From positions 1 through 26,318 of the IMG/VR virus record IMGVR_UViG_3300020414_001906: a DNA stretch of 26,318 nucleotides; one strand, written 5' to 3'. This DNA comes from a virus (taxonomy: Duplodnaviria > Caudoviricetes). This document shows positions 24,634-26,318 of the stretch, piece after piece; positions within the stretch are counted from its first letter, which is position 1; every line of letters starts with the position of its first letter. The translations under genes were made by a program, and so were the position numbers. Under the pieces are notes generated by a model. That model saw only the letters and a list, made by a program, of their open reading frames with translations. It was not told where the DNA came from and ran no database searches.

Positions 24634-26318
24634 ATGAGTCAAGACAGAATAGATAACTTATTCGCAAGTGAAAGTTGGACTAGTGTGTATACCGCATTTA
24701 CCAATGTTAGCTTGAAGGCTTATGATTTTGATACTATACGTGAAAGTTTACTTTCGTATATTAGCAGAACATACCCGGATAAATTTAATGATTTTATAGC
24801 AAGTTCTGAATTTATAGCAATTCTAGACCTTGTTGCATACCTAGGTCATTCTCTAGCATTTAGAAATGACATGAATACACGTGAAAACTTTTTGGATACC
24901 GCAGAACGCCGTTTGAGTATTTTGCGTATGGCAAAAACGTTAGGTTATATCAAAACAAGACCTATCAATGCACGTGGTATGATGAAGATTACAAGTGTAT
25001 CAACTACAGAAGATGTTTCAGACAACGAAGGTAATTCTCTCGCTGGTGTCGTATGTAACTGGAATGATTCTAATGATGTTGACTGGTATGAAAAATTTGT
25101 AACTGTATTAAATGCATCCTTCAATAAGAATACAAAAATTCAAGATCCAAGTGCAAGTCTTATTGTTGGTACTATAGAAAACTATCTTTATGAAATCAAC
25201 GAAAACCCAGAATCAAAATCTCTAGCATATGCGTTTACATCAAATGTTGCAGGTGCTAACAGAAGATTTGAAGCAGTACGTACAGTCATTGAAGATGATA
25301 AAATTATTGAGGGTGAACCTCTTTCTGGAAAAAATTTCACAATCTTAAACAGAAATGATAACTTAGGACCAGCATCAGACAGAACAGGTTTCTTTGTGAC
25401 TGCAAAAGCGGGTCAGTTAAAAAGTGAATTGTTTAGATACTTGACTCAAGTATCAAATAGAACAGAAATTGTAAATGATACAGACGTTTCTAATTCAGAT
25501 ATTTGGATACAAAAAGTAGACTCATCAAGTGGAACATATCTGTCAAGTGTAACTAAAGTAGATAATGATACACGTGAAACTGCAATTTATAATTCACTAA
25601 GAACAGGTAATGGTGATTTAGTTAGTGTTCATACAAACATTGATAACTCAGTAGAGTTACGTTATCCTGATGGCGTATTCGGAAATGCGGCATTCGGTGA
25701 CTATCGTGTTTGGTATAGAGTTTGTGCAAACGAAAACTTTACAGTGAATTCAAATGATATTGCAGATGTACAGATTTCTATTCCATACATTGGTGCAGAT
25801 GACCAAAAATATAGAATTACATTATCACTAGCAAGTACACGTGACTTTGCAGAAAACTTTGCGGCAGAAACATTTTCAAGTGTTAGAAGAATTGCACAGA
25901 AGGCATATTATTCACAAGACAGAATGGTCAATGCTCAAGACTATAACATCTATCCTTTATCATTAGGAAACAATGTTGTAAGAAAAGTCAAAGCAGTAAA
26001 CACTTCATTCGCAGGTAATTCACGTTACTTTGAAATGGACGATGTTACAGGACATCACTCAGATTTAAGTATTACAGGAACAGACGGTTCTGTATTTTTA
26101 GAAAACGAGGGCGGAGAGCGTTTTGATTATACAACTGTAGATGGCACAGACCCAAATTCATGGAGCGATGCATTAAGACTTTCTTTAAAGTTTAACAGAG
26201 ACCACGGAAATTCTACAGACTTTATTAGAAACGAATTAACTAAAGCAATATCTCATCCAGCAATAGTTAATCAATATTTCTATCAATACAGAGACAGTAA
26301 AGATATTAAAAACTTTAG
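24634..26318 (+). CDS. gp6: Baseplate wedge subunit (gp6-like), runs off the window end
   Basis: Hand translation MSQDRIDNLF...YDFDTIRESL...FNDFIASSEFIAILDLVAY...ENFLDTAERRLSILRMAKTLGY; later DGVFG and QDRMVNAQDY; follows gp25. Confidence 0.9.
   Translation, partial: MSQDRIDNLFASESWTSVYTAFTNVSLKAYDFDTIRESLLSYISRTYPDKFNDFIASSEFIAILDLVAYLGHSLAFRNDMNTRENFLDTAERRLSILRMAKTLGYIKTRPINARGMMKITSVSTTEDVSDNEGNSLAGVVCNWNDSNDVDWYEKFVTVLNASFNKNTKIQDPSASLIVGTIENYLYEINENPESKSLAYAFTSNVAGANRRFEAVRTVIEDDKIIEGEPLSGKNFTILNRNDNLGPASDRTGFFVTAKAGQLKSELFRYLTQVSNRTEIVNDTDVSNSDIWIQKVDSSSGTYLSSVTKVDNDTRETAIYNSLRTGNGDLVSVHTNIDNSVELRYPDGVFGNAAFGDYRVWYRVCANENFTVNSNDIADVQISIPYIGADDQKYRITLSLASTRDFAENFAAETFSSVRRIAQKAYYSQDRMVNAQDYNIYPLSLGNNVVRKVKAVNTSFAGNSRYFEMDDVTGHHSDLSITGTDGSVFLENEGGERFDYTTVDGTDPNSWSDALRLSLKFNRDHGNSTDFIRNELTKAISHPAIVNQYFYQYRDSKDIKNF

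Noticed and set aside
12571-26318. Bacterial contractile injection system or T6SS locus
   Set aside because: Portal, gp46/47, late sigma factor and late promoters show a phage genome.
1-26318. Stop-codon reassignment, inteins or tRNA genes
   Set aside because: Genes read through intact in code 11; no intein termini or cloverleafs were noticed.

Overview
AT-rich, densely coding segment of a large, distantly T4-related myophage (jumbo-phage-like). The host is probably an alphaproteobacterium; this is inferred from the ClpP sequence style and GANTC-rich promoters. Core genes: portal (gp20-like, partial), a tape-measure-like protein, a gp26-like tail/baseplate chaperone, Holliday junction resolvase, gp46/gp47 recombination nuclease, gp55-like late sigma factor, and a baseplate cluster (tube initiator, gp53-like, giant hub with lysozyme-like domain, gp5/VgrG spike with M15 peptidase, GH24-like protein, gp25, gp6 partial). 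Two minus-strand accessory blocks carry a SutA-like protein, PRTase, SDR, PD-(D/E)xK nuclease and ClpP. Non-coding highlights: (1) a ~470-nt, heavily base-paired putative large ncRNA at ~5245-5712; (2) a promoter- and terminator-bounded ~110-nt sRNA with an anti-Shine-Dalgarno loop at 7341-7449; (3) a candidate -1 ribosomal frameshift at 4974-4980 giving a G/GT-type chaperone pair; (4) a 14-bp palindrome at near-fixed spacing upstream of three late promoters; (5) duplicated early promoters with tandem GANTC sites. All calls come from reading the sequence and recalling motifs; no searches were run.
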